From: Lentisphaeria bacterium
GTDB lineage: Bacteria; Verrucomicrobiota; Lentisphaeria; Victivallales; Victivallaceae
DNA: 50,659 nucleotides
Assembly (NCBI GenBank): GCA_017508015.1
Contig: JAFVZS010000070.1
Span: 1 to 50,659 of the forward strand
Reading direction: 5' to 3'
In this document: in pieces, positions 1 to 7,394 of the stretch
How positions within the stretch are numbered: the stretch's first letter is position 1
How the letters are laid out: each line of letters opens with the position of its first letter
Made by a program: the position numbers and the translations under genes
Notes under the pieces: model-generated
What the model was told of the DNA's origin: nothing
Seen by the model: only the letters and a program-made list of their open reading frames with translations
Databases searched by the model: none

Positions 1-241
1 ATCTCGCGCCTTGCTCCTGCGCCGTAACGGTCGAGTACAGTCGTACACTCCCGTTCCGTGCTCGTCGCAAAAACCGACCTTGCCTCCCACTGCTCCCTCC
101 GGGGTGATCGGCGTAATGTGCCTGATTGTTGCAACTCAACTTTCCGGAGGGGGCATTGCGGTCAATCTCGCGCCTCGCTGAAAAAGTTTGTCAGCGATCA
201 GGTTTCGAATATTTCCTTCGTGTTTTTTTGGCATTGCTTTC

Positions 242-269
242 TTGCAAGTGTAAGATATTGTGATATATT
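242..269 (+). promoter_or_regulatory. sigma70-type promoter of the small zinc-ribbon gene
   Basis: TTGCAA (242-247), 16-nt spacer, TATATT (264-269). It lies ~48 nt upstream of ATG 318, which has an AGGGGGA SD at 304-310. The same TTGAMA-N16/17-TATATT pattern recurs in other intergenic regions of this window. Confidence 0.55.
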
Positions 270-317
270 AAGAACAAATGGATTGCGCAATAATCATAAA
301 ATCAGGGGGAAGCTGAT

Positions 318-533
318 ATGGTGGCAATTTGTCCGGCTTGCAAGTATGAATATGAAGTGGAGCATGGGAAGTATCAATGCGGTATTTGCGGAACAAAATT
401 TTTCATATTCAAAGATGGCAGAATTGAAATAGCAGCTCCGGCACCGGTGCCGGAGGAACGGGCAACTGCTCCGATCCCGGTTGTGGCGGCGATCCCGGTG
501 GTTACTCCGATCCCGGCAAAAAAACAAGGATGA
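318..533 (+). CDS. small zinc-ribbon protein (71 aa) with a Pro/Ala/Val-rich tail
   Basis: Two CxxC pairs (CPAC...CGIC) sit in the first 25 aa. The ORF has its own promoter, SD and a downstream rho-independent terminator. Confidence 0.6.
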   Translation: MVAICPACKYEYEVEHGKYQCGICGTKFFIFKDGRIEIAAPAPVPEERATAPIPVVAAIPVVTPIPAKKQG

Positions 534-557
534 GCGAAGCGGTTGCCGGTTGATATG

Positions 558-598
558 CTCCTGAAGGTCATTTCCGATATTCGGGAGTTTTGTTTTTT
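558..598 (+). terminator. rho-independent terminator of the zinc-ribbon gene
   Basis: Stem CTCCTGAA (558-565) pairs with TTCGGGAG (580-587): 8 bp including one G-U. The loop is 14 nt and is followed by TTTTGTTTTTT. Confidence 0.6.
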
Positions 599-608
599 GC
601 GCATAATC

Positions 609-1003
609 CGTTTTCTTTGCCTGCTTTCTTTATAGAAAAGAACGCAGGGAATTTCGCTTTTCTTTGGTTACTTTCTTTTCTCGTGAAAATGCAGAATAAC
701 ATTTACGTTTTCTTTGCCTGCTTTCTTTATAGAAAAGAAAGTAGGGAATTTCGCTTTTCTTTGGTTACTTTCTTTTCTCGTGAGAATGTAGATGTAGAAT
801 GAAATTTCCGTTTTCTTTGCCTGCTTTCTTTATAGAAAAGAACGCAGGGAATCCCGCTTTTCTTTGGTTACTTTCTTTTCTCGTGAAAATGTAGATGTAG
901 AATGAAATTTCCGTTTTCTTTGCCTACTTTCTTTATAAAAAAGAAAGTAGGGAATCCCGCTTTTCTTTGGTTACTTTCTTTTCTCGTGAAAAGAAAGTAA
1001 CGG
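609..1003. repeat. tandem array of 4 near-identical units (97, 103, 103 and ~92 bp), each carrying hairpin-forming inverted repeats
   Basis: Units start at 609, 706, 809 and 912, each with CGTTTTCTTTGCC. Each unit has hairpin 1 (CCTRCTTTCTTT...AAAGAAMGYAGG), which is perfect with a 12-bp stem in unit 4 (923-951). Each also has the left arm of hairpin 2 (GTTACTTTCTTTTC). Only unit 4 completes hairpin 2: 970-983 pairs with 988-1001, a 14-bp stem with loop TCGT. There are no unique spacers. Confidence 0.9.
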
Positions 1004-3394
1004 CCAGGAGTGTTTGGGATAACGGGAGCGCATTTCGGCGCGGACAAGTTCCCAGGAGCCGGCCCAGAACCCCGGGAGATCGCAAGTTACCTGAACGGGG
1101 CGGCGTGCGGGGGAGAGCAATTCGATGCGCAGGGGGATGCGGTTTTTGCCGACGGTGGGGTGGGTATTGACGGTGTACAATTCCTGAATGATGATTCCGG
1201 CGGTAGGTTGAGGGCCGGAATAATTGATGGGGAATTTATGGCCGGATGGGGCGATGAAAAATTCCGGGCAGAGCCGATCGAGTTCAGAAAGGGTGATGTA
1301 ATCGATGGCGGAACGGAGGATGCTGAACCAGTCGGCTTTTTTTAAGTCGTTGAGATTATTGATGTTATCCGGGAAAAAGTTGGCGATGGATATAAAATAG
1401 GAGTATTCATCGGTCAAATCGGGCAGTTCATCCATGCCGCAGGATTTTGCGAAACGGATCCGTTGTAAAAGGGAAGAGGCGCGTTTGTTGTCGGCCGGTG
1501 GCAGAGGGATGGCGCGGCGGGCGGATTCTTTGAGCAGTGCGGGGATCACGGTTTCGCGCGGCACGGGACACAGGTGACGGGAAAGGGGCAATTCATCAAG
1601 ACATTTTTCGGTATAAGAGATCAATTTTCCGGAGTTGCTGTCAAAGGTGGTGACAGTTCTTGCGGAGATTTGTCCGGAGAAAAAAGTTTCGATAGTTGAC
1701 CGGTCGATGGGCAGTGCCAGACGGATGGCGGCATTGGCGGCAGAAGTGCCGTCGATACGGGCGATGGCGAGGAACTCATTTTTACGCAGGAAGTCATCTT
1801 CTCTGACAGATGCGGCACTGCCGTTGGCCAGTTGAAAGGTGGTTCCGTGGGAGGAACGGTTGCGGGCGATGTATTCCGGGAAGGCGATGGCGATGAGCAG
1901 ACCGGGATCATCGGAAGAGTTTTCCGGAGCTGGAGGGAATATTTTAAGAAGCTGGGAAATGATGGTTTGCCGGATGTGTCCGGAGTTTTTGCCGGAATCC
2001 AACTGCCGGATACGTTCGGTCAGGTCGGCGGTATTGAAGTGGGTGAAATCATCTTTTTCCTCTAAAATGGCGGCCAATTCGGCGGCGGTACGGCGCAGGG
2101 ATGGCGGGGCGAAGATCATCATGGCGGCCAGTCGCGGAGAAACCGGCATGACGGCAGCCTGTTTCCCGGCGGGAGTCGGGAGATTTGCCGGAGAGAGCAG
2201 AGAAAGTTTCTGAAGCAGAGCAGTTGCGGCGGCGACTGCGGCCGCCGGAGGGGGATCGAGCCAGCGCAAAGAGGCAGCATCGGCCCCCCAAACCCTTACG
2301 GAAAGGATCAAGCGGGATAATTCAGAGACGGTTATTTCCGGGGACGGAGCTTGGCAGAATTGTTCGAAAGTTAAACGGCTGTAACATCTTACAGCTTTGC
2401 CCGGGGCAGTTCTGCCTGCTCTGCCGGAGCGTTGAATGGCAGAAGCTTTGGTGATTCGTCCGGTTTCAAGAAAGGTCATTTGTGCACCGGGGTGATATAC
2501 GGCCCGCTTTCCCCAGCCGGAATCAATAACGCATGAGATATTGTCGATGGTCAGGCTGCTTTCGGCGACATTGGTAGCCAGAATAATGTTGTGCACATCC
2601 GGCGGCGGCGGGGCCATGGCGGCATGCTGTTCGGCAAGAGAGAGCGAACCATGAAGGACACGGGTTTGGAAATTTTTTCCAAGAGATTGATCCAGAATCA
2701 GTTTACATTTTCTGATCTCTTCGGCACCGGGCAGGAAAACCAGAATATTTCCATTGGAGATATGGAGATTTTCCAGAACCGCCCGGGCGGTTTGCCGGGG
2801 GATTTCCCGGATATCCGGCGGAGTTTCGCGATAGGAGATGTCGACCGGAAAAGTGCGTCCGGGGACCGTGATAAGCGGTGCGTGGATAAAGTCGGCGGTG
2901 CGCTGGGATTCCAATGTGGCAGACATGATGACCAGAATCAGATCATCGCGCAGGGAATCCCGGATATCCAGAACGAGTGTCAGGGCCAAATCCGATTCGG
3001 CAGAGCGTTCGTGAAATTCATCGAATATGATGGCATTTATTCCTTCAAGAGCCGGATCATGCTGGAGCATTTGCAGTAAAATTCCGGGGGTGACAGCCAG
3101 AATGCCGTCAGAGTGACAGCGGCACTGTTCGCCGCGGACGGCGAATCCGGTTTCTTTACCGACGGTGAGGTTGTGGAGTTTGGCGATTCCGCAGGCGGCG
3201 GCCCGGGCGGCGATCCGGCGCGGTTCAACGAGGATGGTCATGCCGCCGGGAGAAAATTCATTGATCAACGGTGGCACGAGCATGGTTTTCCCGGCACCGG
3301 GTTCAGCGGAAATCACCGCCATACGGCAGGCAGACAACGCATTACGGAGCTCATCAAGCTGATGATAAAGCGGCAGATTCGGAAATTGATTCAT
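971..3394 (-). CDS. hrpB: ATP-dependent RNA helicase HrpB (DEAH-box)
   Basis: 807 aa. Walker A AEPGAGKT, DEFHERS (DEAH box), MSATL motif, and a C-terminal RYPKHSWP as in HrpB. The last 9 codons and the stop lie inside the repeat hairpin at 970-1001. Confidence 0.95.
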   Translation of the reverse strand: MNQFPNLPLYHQLDELRNALSACRMAVISAEPGAGKTMLVPPLINEFSPGGMTILVEPRRIAARAAACGIAKLHNLTVGKETGFAVRGEQCRCHSDGILAVTPGILLQMLQHDPALEGINAIIFDEFHERSAESDLALTLVLDIRDSLRDDLILVIMSATLESQRTADFIHAPLITVPGRTFPVDISYRETPPDIREIPRQTARAVLENLHISNGNILVFLPGAEEIRKCKLILDQSLGKNFQTRVLHGSLSLAEQHAAMAPPPPDVHNIILATNVAESSLTIDNISCVIDSGWGKRAVYHPGAQMTFLETGRITKASAIQRSGRAGRTAPGKAVRCYSRLTFEQFCQAPSPEITVSELSRLILSVRVWGADAASLRWLDPPPAAAVAAATALLQKLSLLSPANLPTPAGKQAAVMPVSPRLAAMMIFAPPSLRRTAAELAAILEEKDDFTHFNTADLTERIRQLDSGKNSGHIRQTIISQLLKIFPPAPENSSDDPGLLIAIAFPEYIARNRSSHGTTFQLANGSAASVREDDFLRKNEFLAIARIDGTSAANAAIRLALPIDRSTIETFFSGQISARTVTTFDSNSGKLISYTEKCLDELPLSRHLCPVPRETVIPALLKESARRAIPLPPADNKRASSLLQRIRFAKSCGMDELPDLTDEYSYFISIANFFPDNINNLNDLKKADWFSILRSAIDYITLSELDRLCPEFFIAPSGHKFPINYSGPQPTAGIIIQELYTVNTHPTVGKNRIPLRIELLSPARRPVQVTCDLPGFWAGSWELVRAEMRSRYPKHSWPLLSFHEKRK

Positions 3395-4386
3395 GATTTA
3401 TTCTTTCCGGAAGCCAGCGGATGGGCATCCAAATAAACTTTTTTAAGCCTTTCTGTGCTCACATGGGTGTATATCTGGGTGGTGGAAAGATTTTCGTGGC
3501 CGAGCATCTCCTGTACACTGCGCAAGCTTGCTCCGGCATCCAGCAGATGGGTGGCAAATGAGTGGCGCAGTTTATGCGGGGTGAGATCCGGCGGCAAACC
3601 GGCGGTCACGAGATAATTTTTCAGATTTCGCTGAAAAGAGCGCGGTGTCAGCCGGGACCCTTGCTGATTGAGAAAGAGCGGGGCTCCGGCCAGCCGGCTG
3701 CCTCCGGCGGCATTGCGGAAACGGAGATATTCCCGGATCGCCTGTTTTGCCGGACCGCCGAGTACGGCGAGGCGTTCTTTTTTGCCTTTGCCGCGGATTT
3801 TGACGATACCGCTGGAAATATCGGCATCAATATAATTCAAATTGAGAGCTTCGCTGATACGCAATCCGCCGGAATAGATGCTTTCGATAATGGCCCGGTC
3901 GCGGGAGGCGGAAAAGAGTGCGCCGCCTTCAGTACGGGCAGTGCCGGAAGACAGAGCATTTTCCCAGAAGATGGTCACCGCATTTATCAGCAGTTCGATC
4001 TGATTGATGCTCATTACTTTTGGCAGAGGTTTTCCGGCTTTGATCTGCGGCAGGTCGCAGAATGGATTGGCTGCCACGATCCCGGCGGTCATCAGATAGC
4101 GGAAAAATGACCGCATGGAAGAGAGTTTCCGTTGAATGGAGCGTTTGGAATTTCCGGATTCATTCAGTGCCATGACAAATGATCGGGCCTGTTCCCGGTC
4201 AACGCTTTGCCAATCATCAAAAGAAGCATCGGAGTTGCGGATTTTTACTGCGAATTCCACTACTCCGGAATAGTAAGCCGCAACAGTATGTTCTGAAGAA
4301 TTTTTTTCATTTTGCAGATGCCGGATGAATCCGGCAAGCAAATTTCCGGTTTTGACAGATTTTTTTTCAATTTCCATTTGCACCAC
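3391..4386 (-). CDS. tyrosine site-specific recombinase, XerC/XerD family
   Basis: 331 aa. Motifs GLRISEAL, HKLRHSFATHLL and LGHENLSTTQIYTHV (catalytic Tyr). A 4-nt ATGA overlap with the hrpB start suggests translational coupling. Confidence 0.93.
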   Translation of the reverse strand: MVQMEIEKKSVKTGNLLAGFIRHLQNEKNSSEHTVAAYYSGVVEFAVKIRNSDASFDDWQSVDREQARSFVMALNESGNSKRSIQRKLSSMRSFFRYLMTAGIVAANPFCDLPQIKAGKPLPKVMSINQIELLINAVTIFWENALSSGTARTEGGALFSASRDRAIIESIYSGGLRISEALNLNYIDADISSGIVKIRGKGKKERLAVLGGPAKQAIREYLRFRNAAGGSRLAGAPLFLNQQGSRLTPRSFQRNLKNYLVTAGLPPDLTPHKLRHSFATHLLDAGASLRSVQEMLGHENLSTTQIYTHVSTERLKKVYLDAHPLASGKNKS

Positions 4387-4392
4387 GCCAGT

Positions 4393-4421
4393 TTGTCAAG
4401 TATATTAAAATACTGTATAAA
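4393..4421 (+). promoter_or_regulatory. candidate sigma70 promoter of the SH3b gene
   Basis: TTGTCA (4393-4398), 17-nt spacer, TATAAA (4416-4421). An AAAGGAG SD lies upstream of ATG 4455. Confidence 0.45.
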
Positions 4422-4454
4422 TGTGAAAATGCAACAGAAAGGAGAAAAATAATT

Positions 4455-5312
4455 ATGAATCGGAGTTCTTTTTGGGTTTTTTTGACCATGTTTTGCGTTG
4501 CGGTTGCCGGAGCGGCGGAACGTCCGTCAGTAAAAGGTGTGGTCAATGCAGATGTTTTAAATTTGCGTCAGGGGCCGGGGTTGCAGCAGCCGGTAGTCGG
4601 CCGGATCACGGAAAAAAGCGAAGTGGAAATTTTACGGGTGACCGGAAATTGGCTGGAAATAAAAGCCCCGTCCACCTTGGCCGTTTATGTTTCCGAGGCC
4701 CGTATCGGCCGGGATGGCGTATTGACCGGCGAGTTGAATATGCGTACGGCGATGAGCAGTAAAGCTCCGTGTCTTGGAACTTTGCCCAAAGGGACCAAAG
4801 TAAATAAAATCGGTGAATCCCGCAATGGTTGGGTACGTATTGAGTTGCCCGCAGAAGCCGGTATTTCGGTATATGCCGCATCATTTCTGGTGACCTTTGA
4901 TTCATCCAAATTTGATGCCGGCGGCAATATCATCGGTACTGTTCCGGCAGAAGCTCCGGCGACTGCTGAAAAACCTGCCGCCGCAGAAGTTCCGGCGACT
5001 GCTGAAAAACCTGCCGCCGCAGAAGTTCCGGCGACTGCTGAAAAACCTGCCGCCGCAGAAGCTCCGGCCGCCGCTGACAAGATCGAGTTGACCGGTTATG
5101 TCTGCAAATGGAAATACAGCACTGCCAAAGAGTGCGATTACACTTTGCTTGATGAACCCAATGGTTTCAATCTGGCTTTCATTTTCAGTGAAACTCCTGC
5201 TGAACTTGCTGCGCTTGAAGGTAAAAAGGTAAAAGTTTCCGGAAGCAATGCCGGCAGATTCGGCAATAACGGAGTGATCATTATCAAAGTGGACAGCATT
5301 GCTGAATTATAA
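4455..5312 (+). CDS. secreted protein with two SH3b-like domains, a repeat linker and a C-terminal domain
   Basis: Signal peptide MNRSSFWVFLTMFCVAVAGAA. Two segments match the pattern 'G.V....LN.R.GP.......G......V.......GNW..I' / 'NGWVRIELP', typical of bacterial SH3 domains. A Pro/Ala/Glu repeat linker follows. Confidence 0.85.
   Translation: MNRSSFWVFLTMFCVAVAGAAERPSVKGVVNADVLNLRQGPGLQQPVVGRITEKSEVEILRVTGNWLEIKAPSTLAVYVSEARIGRDGVLTGELNMRTAMSSKAPCLGTLPKGTKVNKIGESRNGWVRIELPAEAGISVYAASFLVTFDSSKFDAGGNIIGTVPAEAPATAEKPAAAEVPATAEKPAAAEVPATAEKPAAAEAPAAADKIELTGYVCKWKYSTAKECDYTLLDEPNGFNLAFIFSETPAELAALEGKKVKVSGSNAGRFGNNGVIIIKVDSIAEL
4948..5076 (+). repeat. in-frame 36-bp tandem repeat (3 full units plus one partial) encoding AEVPATAEKPAA
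   Basis: The unit GCAGAAGTTCCGGCGACTGCTGAAAAACCTGCCGCC occurs at 4948, 4984 and 5020 and is nearly perfect. A partial fourth copy runs to 5076. Confidence 0.9.
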
Positions 5313-5427
5313 AAACTATTAAACATTATTTTTACCGTCCGGGGGTTGAAAAATATCCCTTGACGGTGTAATAGTATTATTATATGGTGTTTGTTGTCAA
5401 TGTAAAACCTAAAAGAAAGGTCAAAAA

Positions 5428-7359
5428 TTGGAAAACAGAGAAGATTATAAACGGACGGATGACCGGGCCCGTTTGCTGACCAAACTGTCAGCGATCGGCG
5501 GGGCCGGAGCATTGGCGTTGCTGATATCAGTACTGATATTGGCGGCAAAACGCGGTGGTGATGTGTTGTCTCTGGCGGCGATACCCTACGCTCTGGCATT
5601 GCTCTTTGCCGTGATGGCTTTGGTGTATGGCGTGTTGTACGGGGCAGTACAACGGGAGGATGAGGAAAAACGTCTGCTCGCCAAAAGAATGGAAAGCCGT
5701 GCGTTGAATGTGGATGAAGATGTCCGTTTTACCGCCGGTAGAAGTTTTGCCAACTATACCCGGTTCGCGCCTTTTGTGATCGCAATTGCGGCGGTTGCGG
5801 TTATCGGCCTGATGCTGTGGCGCAACGTCGGCATGTGGAACTTGCGTGAAGGTGTCGGTGTGACTATGGAAGGTTCCCCGGTGCACACCGCATTGATTGC
5901 GGCCGTACTGATGATGGTCAGTGCTCTGGCCGGAGCGTTTATGGTCGGACAATCCCGGATGCCCGGTTTCCGCTGGCTGCGTCCGGTAGGTGCATGGCTG
6001 CTGATGGGATTTCTGACGCTTTGTGCCTCAGCGGTTTCCGCACTTTTCTTTGCCAACAATATCATTGAAGTTGATCCGGTGGTCAGCCGGGTGTTTTTCT
6101 GGATCTTTGTGGTGCTGGGAGCTGAATTTATCGTCAATTTCGTTATTGAATTTTACCGTCCCCGCACTTTGGGTGAGAGCCGGCCGGTGTTTGAAAGTCA
6201 GCTGCTCGCGCTCTTTACCGAACCGGGCGGGGTGTTGCGCAACATCGCTTCTGCGCTGGATTACCAATTCGGTTTCAAAGTTTCCGGTACCTGGATCTAC
6301 GGATTTATCGAAAGATCATTTTTTCCGGTGGTGCTGCTCTGGGCCGTGCTGTTGTGGGGATTTTCGGCGATCCATGAGGTCGGCCCCAATAATGTCGGCG
6401 TCCGGGAGCAATTCGGCCGGGCACATACCGGAGAGATATTGCATCCGGGGATCTATTTTACTCTGCCGTATCCATTCGGCACGATCCGTCAATTCAGCTG
6501 TACTGAGATCAAGACTCTGATCATCGGCGAAACTGCTGAAAGTGCTCAGGAGCGGGCCTCATCGCCGGTGGTGTTGTGGACCAATGCCCACGGCGGAGCC
6601 AAAGATCCTTTCCTCGTGGCGGTCAAAGAGAATGCTGAAGATACCGCTTCAGCCGGTGTGGAAAGCCGGGAAAGTGCCAGCGTTTCTTTCATCAATATGG
6701 CGATCCCCATCGAATTCCGGATCCGTGAAGACGGCGTTATTCAATATGCTTACGGCAACACTTCTCCGGAAGAAGTGCTGAGAAATCTCGGCGAACAGGT
6801 GGTCGTGGAGTATCTGGCCGGAGCCACCATGGAGGAATTCATGGGCGAAGGTCGCGGTCAGGCGGAGAAAATCCTGCGGGAAAAACTCCAGATACTGGCC
6901 GATCAGAATGAGTTGGGCGTGGAGATCATCCGGATCGCTGTGATGGATGCCCATCCGCCGGTGGAACAGGTCGCTCCGGCTTATCAGGAGTTTGTGGCCT
7001 CCATCGAGCAGAAAGACACCGAGATCCTCCGGGCCCTGGCCTATTGGAAAACCGTGGTGCTGGCGGCGGAAGCTGATGCGTTCCGTATCCGCACCGAAGC
7101 CAGAAGCCGTCAGGAAAATGCGGCGGTGGTGGCCAAAGCGGAAAGTGAACGTTTTGAACAGCAGTTGGCGGCATTCCGCAGTATGCGTTCCATGTTCATG
7201 CTCAATGCGCGTATGGAAGTTTGGGAAAATGAAGGACGCTCTGCCCGTAAATTCATTGTTCCCGCCGAGTTGAAAGATATCGTCTACCAGATGAATTTCG
7301 AGGAAAATGAAAGATTGGATCTGGGTGGTATCGATGTGTCTGATTTGAGTGATAAGTAA
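5428..7359 (+). CDS. polytopic membrane protein (~7 TM) fused to a C-terminal SPFH/band-7 (HflK/C-like) domain
   Basis: 643 aa with a TTG start and an AGAAAGG SD. The N-terminal ~300 aa has about 7 hydrophobic helices. Then comes an SPFH core (VGVREQFGR...GIYFTLPYPFG) and a coiled-coil tail with the AER/AEA pattern. Confidence 0.85.
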   Translation: MENREDYKRTDDRARLLTKLSAIGGAGALALLISVLILAAKRGGDVLSLAAIPYALALLFAVMALVYGVLYGAVQREDEEKRLLAKRMESRALNVDEDVRFTAGRSFANYTRFAPFVIAIAAVAVIGLMLWRNVGMWNLREGVGVTMEGSPVHTALIAAVLMMVSALAGAFMVGQSRMPGFRWLRPVGAWLLMGFLTLCASAVSALFFANNIIEVDPVVSRVFFWIFVVLGAEFIVNFVIEFYRPRTLGESRPVFESQLLALFTEPGGVLRNIASALDYQFGFKVSGTWIYGFIERSFFPVVLLWAVLLWGFSAIHEVGPNNVGVREQFGRAHTGEILHPGIYFTLPYPFGTIRQFSCTEIKTLIIGETAESAQERASSPVVLWTNAHGGAKDPFLVAVKENAEDTASAGVESRESASVSFINMAIPIEFRIREDGVIQYAYGNTSPEEVLRNLGEQVVVEYLAGATMEEFMGEGRGQAEKILREKLQILADQNELGVEIIRIAVMDAHPPVEQVAPAYQEFVASIEQKDTEILRALAYWKTVVLAAEADAFRIRTEARSRQENAAVVAKAESERFEQQLAAFRSMRSMFMLNARMEVWENEGRSARKFIVPAELKDIVYQMNFEENERLDLGGIDVSDLSDK

Positions 7360-7394
7360 TAACAAAAAACTTTTACTGGAGGCTGAATAAAATT

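Noticed and set aside
150-234. TPP-riboswitch-like segment on the minus strand (GAAACCTGATCGCTG...CAGCGAGG resembles the ACCUGAUCUGG...CCAGCG half of the THI element)
   Set aside because: The other half of the aptamer, the CUGAGA pyrimidine-sensor helix and the GGGGUGC region, is absent upstream. The partial match is most likely chance.
58-432. 124-aa ORF on the plus strand
   Set aside because: It runs through the promoter and overlaps the zinc-ribbon gene in another frame. Its composition is Cys/Arg-rich and not protein-like, and it has no SD.
609-1003. Regularly spaced repeats that could be a CRISPR array
   Set aside because: The units are ~100 bp and near-identical over almost their whole length. 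There are no unique spacers between conserved repeats and no cas genes in the window. It is a tandem repeat, not a CRISPR array.
590-1170. Track ORFs 590-802 (+) and 967-1170 (+) inside or next to the repeat array
   Set aside because: Their translations are repeat-derived low-complexity sequence (FFSRE..., LVTFFS). They have no SD, and 967-1170 is antisense to the well-supported hrpB.
3391-4386. Tyrosine recombinase as a marker of an integrated mobile element
   Set aside because: It is a Xer-type protein translationally coupled to hrpB. I saw no flanking direct repeats, att-like sites, phage genes or cargo genes.
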